64,000 bases of DNA from Nitrospirales bacterium (GTDB lineage Bacteria > Nitrospirota > Nitrospiria > Nitrospirales > UBA8639). This document shows, piece by piece, positions 20,408 through 29,590 of this stretch. The stretch spans positions 1,120,001 to 1,184,000 of the forward strand of contig OY729426.1 in the NCBI GenBank assembly GCA_963422365.1, given 5' to 3'. How positions within the stretch are numbered: the first letter of the stretch is position 1; each line of letters begins with the position of its first letter. Made by a program: the position numbers and the translations under genes. Below the pieces are notes generated by a model, which saw only the letters and a program-made list of their open reading frames with translations, was not told the origin of the DNA and made no database searches.

Positions 20408-22918
20408 ATGAGCCGACATATTCATATTAAAGGGGCCCGCGAGCATAATCTCAAAAACCTCGATGTGGTGATCCCGCGCGATCAATTGGTCGTGGTGACA
20501 GGGTTGAGCGGGTCTGGCAAGTCGTCACTCAACTTTGACACGATTTACGCCGAGGGGCAGCGGCGGTACGTCGAGTCGTTATCAGCCTACGCGCGCCAAT
20601 TTTTAGAACAAATGGGCAAGCCCGATGTCGATTCGATTGAAGGCCTCTCTCCCGCCATTTCCATTGAGCAAAAAAATACCAGCCATAATCCCCGGTCTAC
20701 GGTCGGGACCGTCACGGACATTTATGATTATCTTCGCTTGCTCTTTGCCAGAGTGGGGCAACCCTTTTGCGTTCAGTGCGGGCAGCCGATCGCGGCCCAG
20801 ACCGTTCAGCAGATGGTTGATGCTATTGGCGCGTTGCCGGCCGGGTCGAAGTTTCAAGTCGTCGCCCCGATCGTACGGGGGCGGAAAGGGGAATATCGAA
20901 AGGAATTAGCCGAAGCTCGGCGTGCCGGCTACGTGCGAGCCAGGATTGATGATAAACTTGTCGGCCTTGATGAGGCGATCACGCTGGATAAACAGCGGAA
21001 ACATACGATTGAGATTATCGTGGATCGACTGATCATGAAAGACGAGGAATCGCTGCGGCGGCGGTTGGCGGATTCGGTCGAGACGGCCTTGAAATTGACC
21101 CAAGGCTTGGTGGGGATTCTGACTGACGAGCATGGGGTTGTGCTGTATAGCGAACGGTTGGCCTGTATTCATTGCGGCGTCAGTTATCCGGAAATGGCGC
21201 CACGGGTCTTTTCGTTTAACAGCCCTCATGGAGCGTGTCCCGCGTGTGATGGGATCGGCTATGAGGTGTCCGTTTGTCCGGAGGGGCAGGAGTATTCCGA
21301 TAGGACTGTATGCCCGGTGTGTCAGGGGGCTCGACTGAAGGCGGAAAGTTTAGCCGTCAGAGTTGGCGGGAAATCCATAGCCGAAGTCACGCGGCTTTCG
21401 ATTCGTGAGGCCGAGACGTTTTTCGAATGTTTGGCCTTCACCGAACGGGATCAATTGATCGGTCAGCCCATCTTAAAAGAAATTCGAGAACGGTTGGAGT
21501 TTTTACTCAACGTGGGGTTGGATTATCTCACGTTGAATCGAGCCGCCGCGACCCTGTCGGGTGGGGAAGGACAACGCATTCGACTGGCCACTCAAATCGG
21601 GTCGGGGCTGGTGGGGGTGTTGTACATCCTCGATGAGCCAAGTATCGGCCTGCATCAACGGGATCAGCATCGGTTGCTTCAAACCTTGCTTCGGCTCCGC
21701 GACCTGGGCAATACCGTGTTGGTGGTGGAGCATGATGCCGCAACCATGCGTGCGGCCGATCATCTTGTCGATATGGGCCCCGGTGCTGGAGTGCATGGCG
21801 GGTATGTCGTGGCGCAAGGCTCGCCTGCAGAGGTGATGAACCATCCCGACTCGCTGACCGGGCACTATTTGCGTGGGGGCAAACAGGTCGCGTTGCCGGA
21901 ACGAACCCGCCAACCCAAAGGGTCGCTCACCATCGTCGGAGCCAACAAGCACAATTTGAAATCGGTGAATGCCCGGATTCCGCTTGGGCTGTTGACTTGC
22001 GTCACCGGCGTCTCCGGGTCCGGTAAGAGCACCCTGGTGCTGGAAGTCTTGTTCCCCTCGCTTTCGCAATTGCTGTATCAGAAAAACCCTAAGATGGAAG
22101 GCTGTCGGGCGCTGAAGGGGGCTGATGCCTTGGATAAGGTGATCGATATCGATCAATCACCGATCGGCCGTACGCCGCGGTCCAATCCCGCCACGTACAC
22201 GGGGGTCTTCACCTTTATTCGAGATGTGTTCGCCGGGTTGCCGGAGTCGCGTGTCCGTGGCTATCGGCCCGGGCGCTATAGCTTCAATGTCAAAGGTGGT
22301 CGGTGCGAAGCGTGCCAGGGTGAGGGCCTTCTCAAAATCGAAATGCATTTTTTGCCCGATGTGTATGTCACCTGCGAAGCGTGTAAGGGACGGCGATATA
22401 ATCGGGAAACCCTGGATGTCCGACACAAAGGAAACACGATTGCGGACATTTTAGAGATGACCGTGACAGAAGCCTTGGAATTTTTTGCTCACATCCCGCC
22501 GATCGCGAGAAAACTGCAGACGTTGGCCGATGTCGGGTTGCACTATATCAAGCTCGGGCAATCGGCTACGACGTTATCGGGTGGCGAGGCGCAACGCGTG
22601 AAACTCAGTCGTGAGCTCTCCAAGCGGGCCACGGGACGAACCTTGTACATTTTAGATGAGCCGACGACGGGGTTGCATTTTGCGGATGTGCAACGTCTTC
22701 TCGACGTCTTGAATCGGTTAGTCGAACATGGGAATACCGTGCTCGTGATTGAACATAATTTGGATGTGATTCGAAATGCGGACTGGATCGTCGATTTAGG
22801 CCCGGATGGGGGAGATGGCGGGGGGGAGATTGTGGAAGAAGGCCCTCCTCCCGCTTTGATTCAATCCGGGACTTCCTGGACGGCGCAAGTGTTACGAGAA
22901 GAAGGCCGAGTCGCCTGA
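20408..22918 (+). CDS. uvrA: Excinuclease ABC subunit UvrA (short form)
   Basis: GAREHNLKN, two GxSGSGKS Walker A motifs, two LSGGE signatures, Zn-finger Cys pairs. Confidence 0.97.
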   Translation: MSRHIHIKGAREHNLKNLDVVIPRDQLVVVTGLSGSGKSSLNFDTIYAEGQRRYVESLSAYARQFLEQMGKPDVDSIEGLSPAISIEQKNTSHNPRSTVGTVTDIYDYLRLLFARVGQPFCVQCGQPIAAQTVQQMVDAIGALPAGSKFQVVAPIVRGRKGEYRKELAEARRAGYVRARIDDKLVGLDEAITLDKQRKHTIEIIVDRLIMKDEESLRRRLADSVETALKLTQGLVGILTDEHGVVLYSERLACIHCGVSYPEMAPRVFSFNSPHGACPACDGIGYEVSVCPEGQEYSDRTVCPVCQGARLKAESLAVRVGGKSIAEVTRLSIREAETFFECLAFTERDQLIGQPILKEIRERLEFLLNVGLDYLTLNRAAATLSGGEGQRIRLATQIGSGLVGVLYILDEPSIGLHQRDQHRLLQTLLRLRDLGNTVLVVEHDAATMRAADHLVDMGPGAGVHGGYVVAQGSPAEVMNHPDSLTGHYLRGGKQVALPERTRQPKGSLTIVGANKHNLKSVNARIPLGLLTCVTGVSGSGKSTLVLEVLFPSLSQLLYQKNPKMEGCRALKGADALDKVIDIDQSPIGRTPRSNPATYTGVFTFIRDVFAGLPESRVRGYRPGRYSFNVKGGRCEACQGEGLLKIEMHFLPDVYVTCEACKGRRYNRETLDVRHKGNTIADILEMTVTEALEFFAHIPPIARKLQTLADVGLHYIKLGQSATTLSGGEAQRVKLSRELSKRATGRTLYILDEPTTGLHFADVQRLLDVLNRLVEHGNTVLVIEHNLDVIRNADWIVDLGPDGGDGGGEIVEEGPPPALIQSGTSWTAQVLREEGRVA

Positions 22919-23009
22919 TGCAGGGTCATGAATGTTTTTCTTCTGTGTTCCTGCAAAGACTCTGGATTTCTACCCCGCTCGGGGGCGAGGACATGCCAGA
23001 AGCGCTCTT

Positions 23010-23345
23010 TTAGCTGAAATTGATCAGGGCCAATAGGGTCAAGATGCCCAGTATATATGGAATCATGCAAGCATAACAGACCACTTTCAGCGGCGCGATG
23101 CCCGTGAGAGCGGTATGCCGGGTTTGATGCTCTTTGTAAATAAATTCATAGACCAGAATGATGACTGCGAAGGTGAGGGTCATGACTCGACTGGAACGGG
23201 GCCACGTATAGGCCCCGCTGAGTATGAAGTCCATCGTAAAAAAGCCGCTCCAGGCTGAGAGAAGGATGGCTAGCGCGAGGTTGACGAAGGCAGAAAGGGG
23301 CAATTTCCCGAGTCTTGTTTCTTGTGAGTCTGGGATGGCGTTCAT
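23010..23345 (-). CDS. Hypothetical membrane protein (3 TM segments)
   Basis: Three hydrophobic stretches from MNAIPDS. Confidence 0.6.
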   Translation of the reverse strand: MNAIPDSQETRLGKLPLSAFVNLALAILLSAWSGFFTMDFILSGAYTWPRSSRVMTLTFAVIILVYEFIYKEHQTRHTALTGIAPLKVVCYACMIPYILGILTLLALINFS

Positions 23346-23362
23346 GCCCCGATGGTCAAGGT

Positions 23363-23623
23363 CTACGGCTGCTCGATGGGTGCAGCTTTTACGAGAGTGT
23401 GCTCGCAGTTGAGGCACACGCGGGGCTGTCGTTTGAGGAATTTCACCTTTCCGCTGACGAGACACGCATAGTGCACGAACCGATGGCACACTGAACAGCG
23501 TTCCCATCCCCCCTTGAGCATGGTGGTGTTTCGATACAGCCCTTGATGGCACACCCCACAGTTCTCAGGCTCAATGCCCAAAAGAAGGGATTTCCATTCG
23601 CCGGCACCTTTCCGAATACTCAT
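23363..23623 (-). CDS. Small Cys/His-rich zinc-finger-like protein
   Basis: CGVC..CSVC..HYAC..CLNC spacing. Confidence 0.65.
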   Translation of the reverse strand: MSIRKGAGEWKSLLLGIEPENCGVCHQGLYRNTTMLKGGWERCSVCHRFVHYACLVSGKVKFLKRQPRVCLNCEHTLVKAAPIEQP

Positions 23624-23777
23624 AGAGTATGAAGTATAGCCCGAGGATCAGGGTCATGACAAATGTCTTGTCATGACCCGCCCAGGCCCTTCCCGCTCTT
23701 TTGTCGCGGCGCGATCCCCGCTCGGGGGGCATGCTTCATCGTGTCTTCTGGCGGCATACGATGCCACCCTCCATTGT

Positions 23778-23806
23778 TTGACACCCCCCTGGGCCTTTGT
23801 TACGTT
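23778..23806 (+). promoter_or_regulatory. Putative sigma70 promoter for ispA
   Basis: TTGACA-17 nt-TACGTT with an extended -10 TG, about 36 nt before the ATG at 23843. Confidence 0.5.
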
Positions 23807-23842
23807 CTCGAATCCGCGAAAATCTTTTCGGAAAGGCATTCC

Positions 23843-24739
23843 ATGTCCGTGGATATTGGGAAATACCTTGGCCAAAAACGGGATATTGTTGATCGATATT
23901 TAGAAGCCCACCTTCCTGATCCGCGAACCCAGCCGGCTATCTTGCACGAGGCCATTCGGTACAGTCTGCTGGCTGGGGGAAAACGTATTCGGCCTGCCTT
24001 GGCGATTGCCACGGCGGAGGCGATCGGGCCTCCGCCTGCCTCATTGCTTCCTGTGGCCTGCGCGTTTGAGTTTATTCATACGTATTCGCTGATTCATGAC
24101 GATTTGCCGGCGATGGATAACGACGATTTTCGCCGTGGGCGAGCCACGAATCACAAAGTCTATGGAGAAGGACTCGCGATTTTGGCAGGAGACGGGTTGC
24201 AAGCCATGGCGTTTGAATGGTGTAGCCGTGCCGATCTCGTGACGGATTTAGACCCGCGGTGTCAGGTTCAGGTTATCGCAGAGCTTGCAATGGGGTCTGG
24301 TCATGCAGGAATGGTGGGTGGACAAGTGCTGGACATTCAAGCTGAAAATCGGAAGGTTGAATTAGCGGAATTGCACATGATTCATGTGCAGAAAACGGGA
24401 AAACTGATTCGTGCCGCGGTGCGAGCCGGTGCGCTCCTGTCCGGGGGCAACATGACGCAGCTTGAGCATCTGACCGGCTATGCCGAAGATATTGGCTTGG
24501 CTTTTCAGATTGCGGATGATGTGTTGAATGTGACGGGCACGCGGGAGGAATTGGGCAAAGATGCCAAGACGGATAGCGAACGGGGCAAGCAGACGTATCC
24601 CTCGATTTATGGTCTTGAGGGTGCCCAAACCCTTGCCCAGGAATGTGCCGATCGCGCCATTGGTCGACTTCGCGGCTTTGATGAGAAGGCCGATCCGTTA
24701 AGAGCAATGGCACAATATATCGTCAGCCGCAGAAATTAA
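23843..24739 (+). CDS. ispA: Polyprenyl (farnesyl/geranylgeranyl) diphosphate synthase
   Basis: GGKRIRP, SLIHDDLPAMDNDDFRRG, GQVLD, KTG, FQIADD. Confidence 0.92.
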   Translation: MSVDIGKYLGQKRDIVDRYLEAHLPDPRTQPAILHEAIRYSLLAGGKRIRPALAIATAEAIGPPPASLLPVACAFEFIHTYSLIHDDLPAMDNDDFRRGRATNHKVYGEGLAILAGDGLQAMAFEWCSRADLVTDLDPRCQVQVIAELAMGSGHAGMVGGQVLDIQAENRKVELAELHMIHVQKTGKLIRAAVRAGALLSGGNMTQLEHLTGYAEDIGLAFQIADDVLNVTGTREELGKDAKTDSERGKQTYPSIYGLEGAQTLAQECADRAIGRLRGFDEKADPLRAMAQYIVSRRN

Positions 24740-25157
24740 CGGTCACCTCATTCGGAATAGGACGAAGATCTTTCCTGCAAAGAAGGTGGAAGTGGCCGGC
24801 TTGATCGGATGTTCAAAGAGCCAGCCGATAGGCGAGCAGAATCTTTGCCCCGGATCACAAGGAACTCCAAAATCTATTTTGCCGTCTTCTAGGCGTCTAA
24901 TCAAACCAAGTGCAAGGTTATCTCCGAACTCGCTCCTAACGTTGTGGTTGCCGAAACGGAGCGTCAACAGGATAGCAGCGAGAAATGCGATTTCTCATGT
25001 TGGGTTTTCCATTGACTGGGCTCGCAAGAACGGGCGAACCGTGTATGAAGATCAATCTTAAACGCACATGGTGTTGTCCCTGCCCGTTATTTCCCCGTGC
25101 GACGTGGTCTCTGGCGGTCTTGGTTGGGCATCAGACTGAGAGGAGAAATCACAAACA

Positions 25158-25937
25158 ATGCTTGCTCATGATCGAATTTACCACGCGGATGCACAAATCG
25201 ATGACGAATCCGTCGATCTGATTATTTGCGATGGTCCCTATGGGGTGACCACCAACAACTGGGACAGAATCGGCAATAGACAGGAGTTTGACCTGAAGAC
25301 GATCAGGAATTTTGCTCCTAAACTCAAAGAAGGCGGCGCGCTCTATCTGTTTGGAAAACCAAACTGCCTTGACTTCATCGACTACCGCCCGTTCCTCAAT
25401 CTTCGATCTAGAATCGTGTGGTATCAGCCGAGCCGGTTGGCTCAGGGACGGATCAATTATACGAACTATGACGTGATCTGCTACTTTATCAAAGGGAGCC
25501 GACCGGCGATGTTTAATCTTGACGCAATCCGGGTCGCTCAACTTGTCGACATGGAACACCGACTGCGATGTGAACGAGTCCCTTCCGTCACGAACGGGCG
25601 ATTTGGTAAAACGAAATTGCACGGTCAGGGCAAAAATCCCGGCGACGTCTGGGGTAACATCAAGCAATTGACCTACAAGTCAAAAAAGCTGGTCAGCAGG
25701 GAAACACTCAGCACGGTTTAAAAACCGGAAAAACTGATGGAGAGATTGATCAAAGCAAGCTCTGTCGAAGGTAATCTTGTTCTTGATCCATTGATCGGGG
25801 TTGGGACGTGTCCTGCTGTATGCCGAAGGTTCGGCAGGCACTTCATTGGGTTCGAGAAGAACAAGCATTACGTTGAAGCGGCAAACGCTAGGCTGAGAGA
25901 AGTGGAGAACGACTTGGTAAAAAACCTGTTTTTTTAA
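25158..25937 (+). pseudogene. Site-specific DNA methyltransferase (N4/N6, beta-class order) with internal stop
   Basis: VDLIICDGPYG near the N-terminus; in-frame TAA at 25719-25721 within TV*KPEKLMERLI; then VLDPLIGVGT and IGFEK. Confidence 0.85.
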
Positions 25938-25947
25938 TTTCCTCATC

Positions 25948-26934
25948 ATGAAAGCACTCGTCACCGGAGCAACGGGTTTTATCGGATCGGCCGTGTCTCG
26001 TGCGTTGATTCAGGCCGGCACGGAGGTCAGGGGGTTGGTCCGGCCTGGAACCGACCGGAAGGCCCTGGATGGGCTGGCAATTGAAACCGTGTCCGGTGAT
26101 TTAGGCGATGCGGCTTCCCTTCGGTCGGCTCTTCATGGCTGCCGGCAGTTGTATCATGTAGCAGCGCATTATGCTTTGTGGGCTCGTGATCCCTCCGTCT
26201 TCTACAAAGTGAACGTCGAGGGCACCAAGGCCTTACTCACTGCGGCGAGAGGGGCAGGGATTGAACGTATTGTGTATACAAGTACGATCGGCGCGATTGG
26301 GTTGCCCCAAGGTGGGGGATTAGGCACTGAAGAGACTGCGGTCTCCTTGGCCCAGATGGCAGGGGATTATAAACGCTCCAAGTATTTTGCTGAGCAAGCA
26401 GTCATGAAGTTGGCAAAGGCGGGATTGCCCGTTGTGATTGTGAATCCTTCGGCTCCGGTGGGGGTGTACGACGTGAAGCCGACTCCGACGGGGCAAATCA
26501 TTGTTGATTTTATGAAAGGGCGAATGGTGGCTTATCTTGAAACCGGCATGAATCTCATCGATGTGGAAGACGTGGCCATGGGCCACATCCGAGCCATGGA
26601 GCGTGGACGGGTGGGTGAACGGTACATCCTCGGTTGTCGCAATCTGATGCTGAAAGACGTGTTTGAGCTATTGAGCAGGTTGACGGGAGTCAAGTCGCCG
26701 AAGCTGAAGCTTCCTCGCAGGTTGATCCTGCCCTTGGCCCATGTCAACAAGTGGATTGCGGATTATGTGACGCATCACACCCCGCGCATTCCGCTTGAGG
26801 GAGTCCGCATGGCTCGGTACGTGATGCATTATGATTGCTCCAAGGCTATTCGAGACCTGGGGTTACCCCAGACTCCGGTGGAGGTGGCCTTGGAAAAGGC
26901 GGTCAAATGGTTTCGGGATCATCGTTATGCGTAA
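25948..26934 (+). CDS. hpnA: Hopanoid-associated NAD-dependent sugar epimerase HpnA
   Basis: TGATGFIG, HVAAHYALW, YKRSK, VNPSAPVG..DVKPTPTG, GERYILG. Confidence 0.85.
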   Translation: MKALVTGATGFIGSAVSRALIQAGTEVRGLVRPGTDRKALDGLAIETVSGDLGDAASLRSALHGCRQLYHVAAHYALWARDPSVFYKVNVEGTKALLTAARGAGIERIVYTSTIGAIGLPQGGGLGTEETAVSLAQMAGDYKRSKYFAEQAVMKLAKAGLPVVIVNPSAPVGVYDVKPTPTGQIIVDFMKGRMVAYLETGMNLIDVEDVAMGHIRAMERGRVGERYILGCRNLMLKDVFELLSRLTGVKSPKLKLPRRLILPLAHVNKWIADYVTHHTPRIPLEGVRMARYVMHYDCSKAIRDLGLPQTPVEVALEKAVKWFRDHRYA

Positions 26935-27000
26935 CGGGTACTGCGACAAGAAAACTCCGTCTTCAGATCCTTTCCTGCTTGTGAATGAGCGAACCTACCC

Positions 27001-27795
27001 GTGGACATTCCCCTTCTCTTCTTGAAGACTCTTCTGCTTCGGCCCTATGTCTTTTTCTTTTTGGGCGTATCGTTGGTCGCAGCACTACGGTTGTTGGGAT
27101 GGAAACGCACCGGGGTGCTGTTTGGTCTGACGTGGGTCACTGCGTTTGTCTGTGAATTTTTGTCAACCCGTCTTGGATTCCCGTTTGGCGACTACTATTA
27201 CACGGCTTCGACCGTGGACGAAGAGTTGTATATTGCCAATATTCCGTTCATGGATTCGTTGTCGTTTACGTTTTTATTGTATGCGAGTTATTGCTTGGCC
27301 CTCTGGTTTGTCTTGCCTTCTCAATCCTCTTCGCCACCGCCGGGTCGGCGGTGGCTTGCGCGCGAAACGCTCTCCTGGCCAGTGATCGCCCTGACCTGCT
27401 TGTTTTTTATGTTTATCGATATTGTGATCGATCCTGTGGCGCTTCAAGGGGAACGATGGTTTTTAGGACAAATTTATGGGTATCCTGATCCCGGTGTGTA
27501 TTTTGGCGTCCCGCTGGCCAACTTTGCCGGGTGGTTTGTGGTGGGATGGGTTGCGATGTTGGGATACCGATTGGTGGACCGGCGCACAGAGATATTGCCC
27601 GAGCTTCCCCACACAATCCCGGCCAAAGAGGTATTGCTTGGATGCGGATTGTATTATGGGGTGCTGCTCTTTAATTTGTTTGTGACGTTCTGGATCGGCG
27701 AATATTTGTTAGGCATCGTGGGGTGCGTGATCTATCTTCCTCTTACCGCCTTGGCGATGCTGAAAATCTGTCCACGACGCTTGTCCCCGACCTGA
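27001..27795 (+). CDS. CruF/DUF422-like carotenoid biosynthesis membrane protein
   Basis: Polytopic; GFPFGDYYY, DIVIDP, FGVPLANFAGW. Confidence 0.8.
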   Translation: MDIPLLFLKTLLLRPYVFFFLGVSLVAALRLLGWKRTGVLFGLTWVTAFVCEFLSTRLGFPFGDYYYTASTVDEELYIANIPFMDSLSFTFLLYASYCLALWFVLPSQSSSPPPGRRWLARETLSWPVIALTCLFFMFIDIVIDPVALQGERWFLGQIYGYPDPGVYFGVPLANFAGWFVVGWVAMLGYRLVDRRTEILPELPHTIPAKEVLLGCGLYYGVLLFNLFVTFWIGEYLLGIVGCVIYLPLTALAMLKICPRRLSPT

Positions 27796-28047
27796 TCGGG
27801 TATCTAATCGGGGATTCGATTATTGCTTCCTCCTTCTTCTTCCTCAACAATGTCAGTGAAACGGCGTGCGTGCATGGAATCAATGCTTGTATGAAGTTAG
27901 TAGCCTGGGTAAGATAGTATTGGATGTCCTTTCAAGGCTTGCCTATTCCCCTGAACGATCAACCAGGAGCGCTGTCCCCCCCTCCCTTCTGAGATGAGGG
28001 ACAGCGGCGTATGAGCATGATGGCCATTAGCTCTCCAGGGTCATAGT

Positions 28048-29118
28048 ATGAAAACAATCAGCGTGGCAGCCGTGTTTGCGCTTGCGGCCTGGTTTGGGAG
28101 CGGAGCCCTTGGCTTTCCTCACGTATTCCAGGTGATGTTTGTGGCCTATGTGGCGTTAGGCCTTGTGGTGTTTCTGCTTCTCGATGCCCCTCCCATGAGG
28201 AGGTTGTCGGGGTGGGTTGCTGGTGTGGTACTGGTTGGTTTTTACCTTGTGCTTTCAGCGATTTATATCATGGGGGCGTCGGCTTGGCCCCAATATAATC
28301 CTGAGGTGGAAAAGGGGAAAATCGAAAAAATTCTCAAACGCAAGCGTGAAAAGGCGTTGGCTGAGAGTGACCACGTGGAACAGTTGCTCCAACAGGTACA
28401 GGCGCTCCAAGATAATTCGCAGACGGTGGTGGCGCGGCTCCGCCGGTTTGCCCCAGTGGTAGAGGGGGTGGAAGCACCTCAAGACCAAGGCGGGGCCCTC
28501 ACAGTGGTGGAACGAGGGGCCGAGGTCTATGATTTGTATGAGTGTTATAACTGTCACAAAATCGGGGGTAAAGGGAGCGTGAAAAAACGGGGCCCCATTT
28601 TGGACAACATTGGCAGTTTGTTGACGATCAATGATATCAAGCAAAAAATCTTCGATCCCACGTATCTCTATGCAGAGGGATTTGAGGAACAGCATAAGAA
28701 GGGTCGGATGCCGGATACATATAAAGATTTGATGACGGAGGAAGAAGTGCTGGCTCTTGCGACCTATTTGTCCACGCTCAAAGATCCCACGGCGAAGACC
28801 CCGAACCCTGTTTTTGTGAAGTCCAACGTGGAACATGGCTTTACGGTGTTTGGGTATGCCCGTGATCCATCGGGCCAGGGGGTAGCCGGTGTCACGATTC
28901 ATGCTAGGCCCAAGGTCAAGGGAGGGCATGGGGCTTCAGGCAAGACGAATGAGGCCGGGTATTACGAAATTTTCCTGCATATGCATAATAACAATGCCGG
29001 ATCGACGGTCGAAGTTTCGGCTCAAGGCGTTAAGAAAACATTTGTGGCCAATTATGATCCCAATGATACAGTGACCAGGCGGCAACAGTCTCTGGATTTA
29101 ACGGTGGCTGTGCAGTAA
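28048..29118 (+). CDS. Membrane-anchored monoheme c-type cytochrome with C-terminal beta-sandwich
   Basis: N-terminal TM segments, CYNCH, GPILD, GRMP (axial Met candidate), LATYLSTL. Confidence 0.8.
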   Translation: MKTISVAAVFALAAWFGSGALGFPHVFQVMFVAYVALGLVVFLLLDAPPMRRLSGWVAGVVLVGFYLVLSAIYIMGASAWPQYNPEVEKGKIEKILKRKREKALAESDHVEQLLQQVQALQDNSQTVVARLRRFAPVVEGVEAPQDQGGALTVVERGAEVYDLYECYNCHKIGGKGSVKKRGPILDNIGSLLTINDIKQKIFDPTYLYAEGFEEQHKKGRMPDTYKDLMTEEEVLALATYLSTLKDPTAKTPNPVFVKSNVEHGFTVFGYARDPSGQGVAGVTIHARPKVKGGHGASGKTNEAGYYEIFLHMHNNNAGSTVEVSAQGVKKTFVANYDPNDTVTRRQQSLDLTVAVQ

Positions 29119-29140
29119 AGAGCATGCTCAGGATATTTCT

Positions 29141-29542
29141 ATGAGGGGGTTTATTCTTCGCTTCATTGTCACGGGTGCCGCGGTTCTTGTTGCGACCCAA
29201 ATAATTCAAGGCCTGACCATCGATTCGTTTGCCGCGGGGGCAGTCGGTGTGCTGGTCTTAGCGGTGTTGAATGCCGTGGTCCGTCCGATTTTGTATTTGT
29301 TCTCAGCTCCCTTCATCGTCGTGACGCTTGGCTTATTTATGATCATGATTAATGCCTTTTTGCTGGGTGTGGTCTCCGTCTTAGTCAAAGGGTTTCATGT
29401 GCATGGATTTTGGTCGGCAGTAGGAGGGGCTATTTTGATTAGCCTCGTCAGTGGGATGATGAATCTGATGATCTCTGAGCGGGGCCATGTGGAGATGGGC
29501 ATGGCTCAATCTCGATCACGAAAGATTCGGCATATTAATTGA
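29141..29542 (+). CDS. 4-TM membrane protein of the YvlD/DUF360 ('phage holin') family
   Basis: LNAVVRPIL..P..TLGLF..INAFLL..GF.V.GFWSA. Confidence 0.85.
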   Translation: MRGFILRFIVTGAAVLVATQIIQGLTIDSFAAGAVGVLVLAVLNAVVRPILYLFSAPFIVVTLGLFMIMINAFLLGVVSVLVKGFHVHGFWSAVGGAILISLVSGMMNLMISERGHVEMGMAQSRSRKIRHIN

Positions 29543-29590
29543 GGGTACCTCTGCTCCTCATGACAATCACGACATTCTTCTTCCACGGTT

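Noticed and set aside
24743..24967. 74-aa minus-strand ORF as a restriction endonuclease
   Set aside because: No catalytic motif recognisable; at most a fragment, so not listed as a feature.
27970..28006. Hairpin CGCTGTCCC...GGGACAGCG before the cytochrome gene as a riboswitch
   Set aside because: A single stem with no riboswitch consensus I recognise; an Rfam/Infernal search would be needed.
29141..29542. 'Phage holin' gene as evidence of a prophage
   Set aside because: This family is widespread on chromosomes, and no phage genes are nearby.
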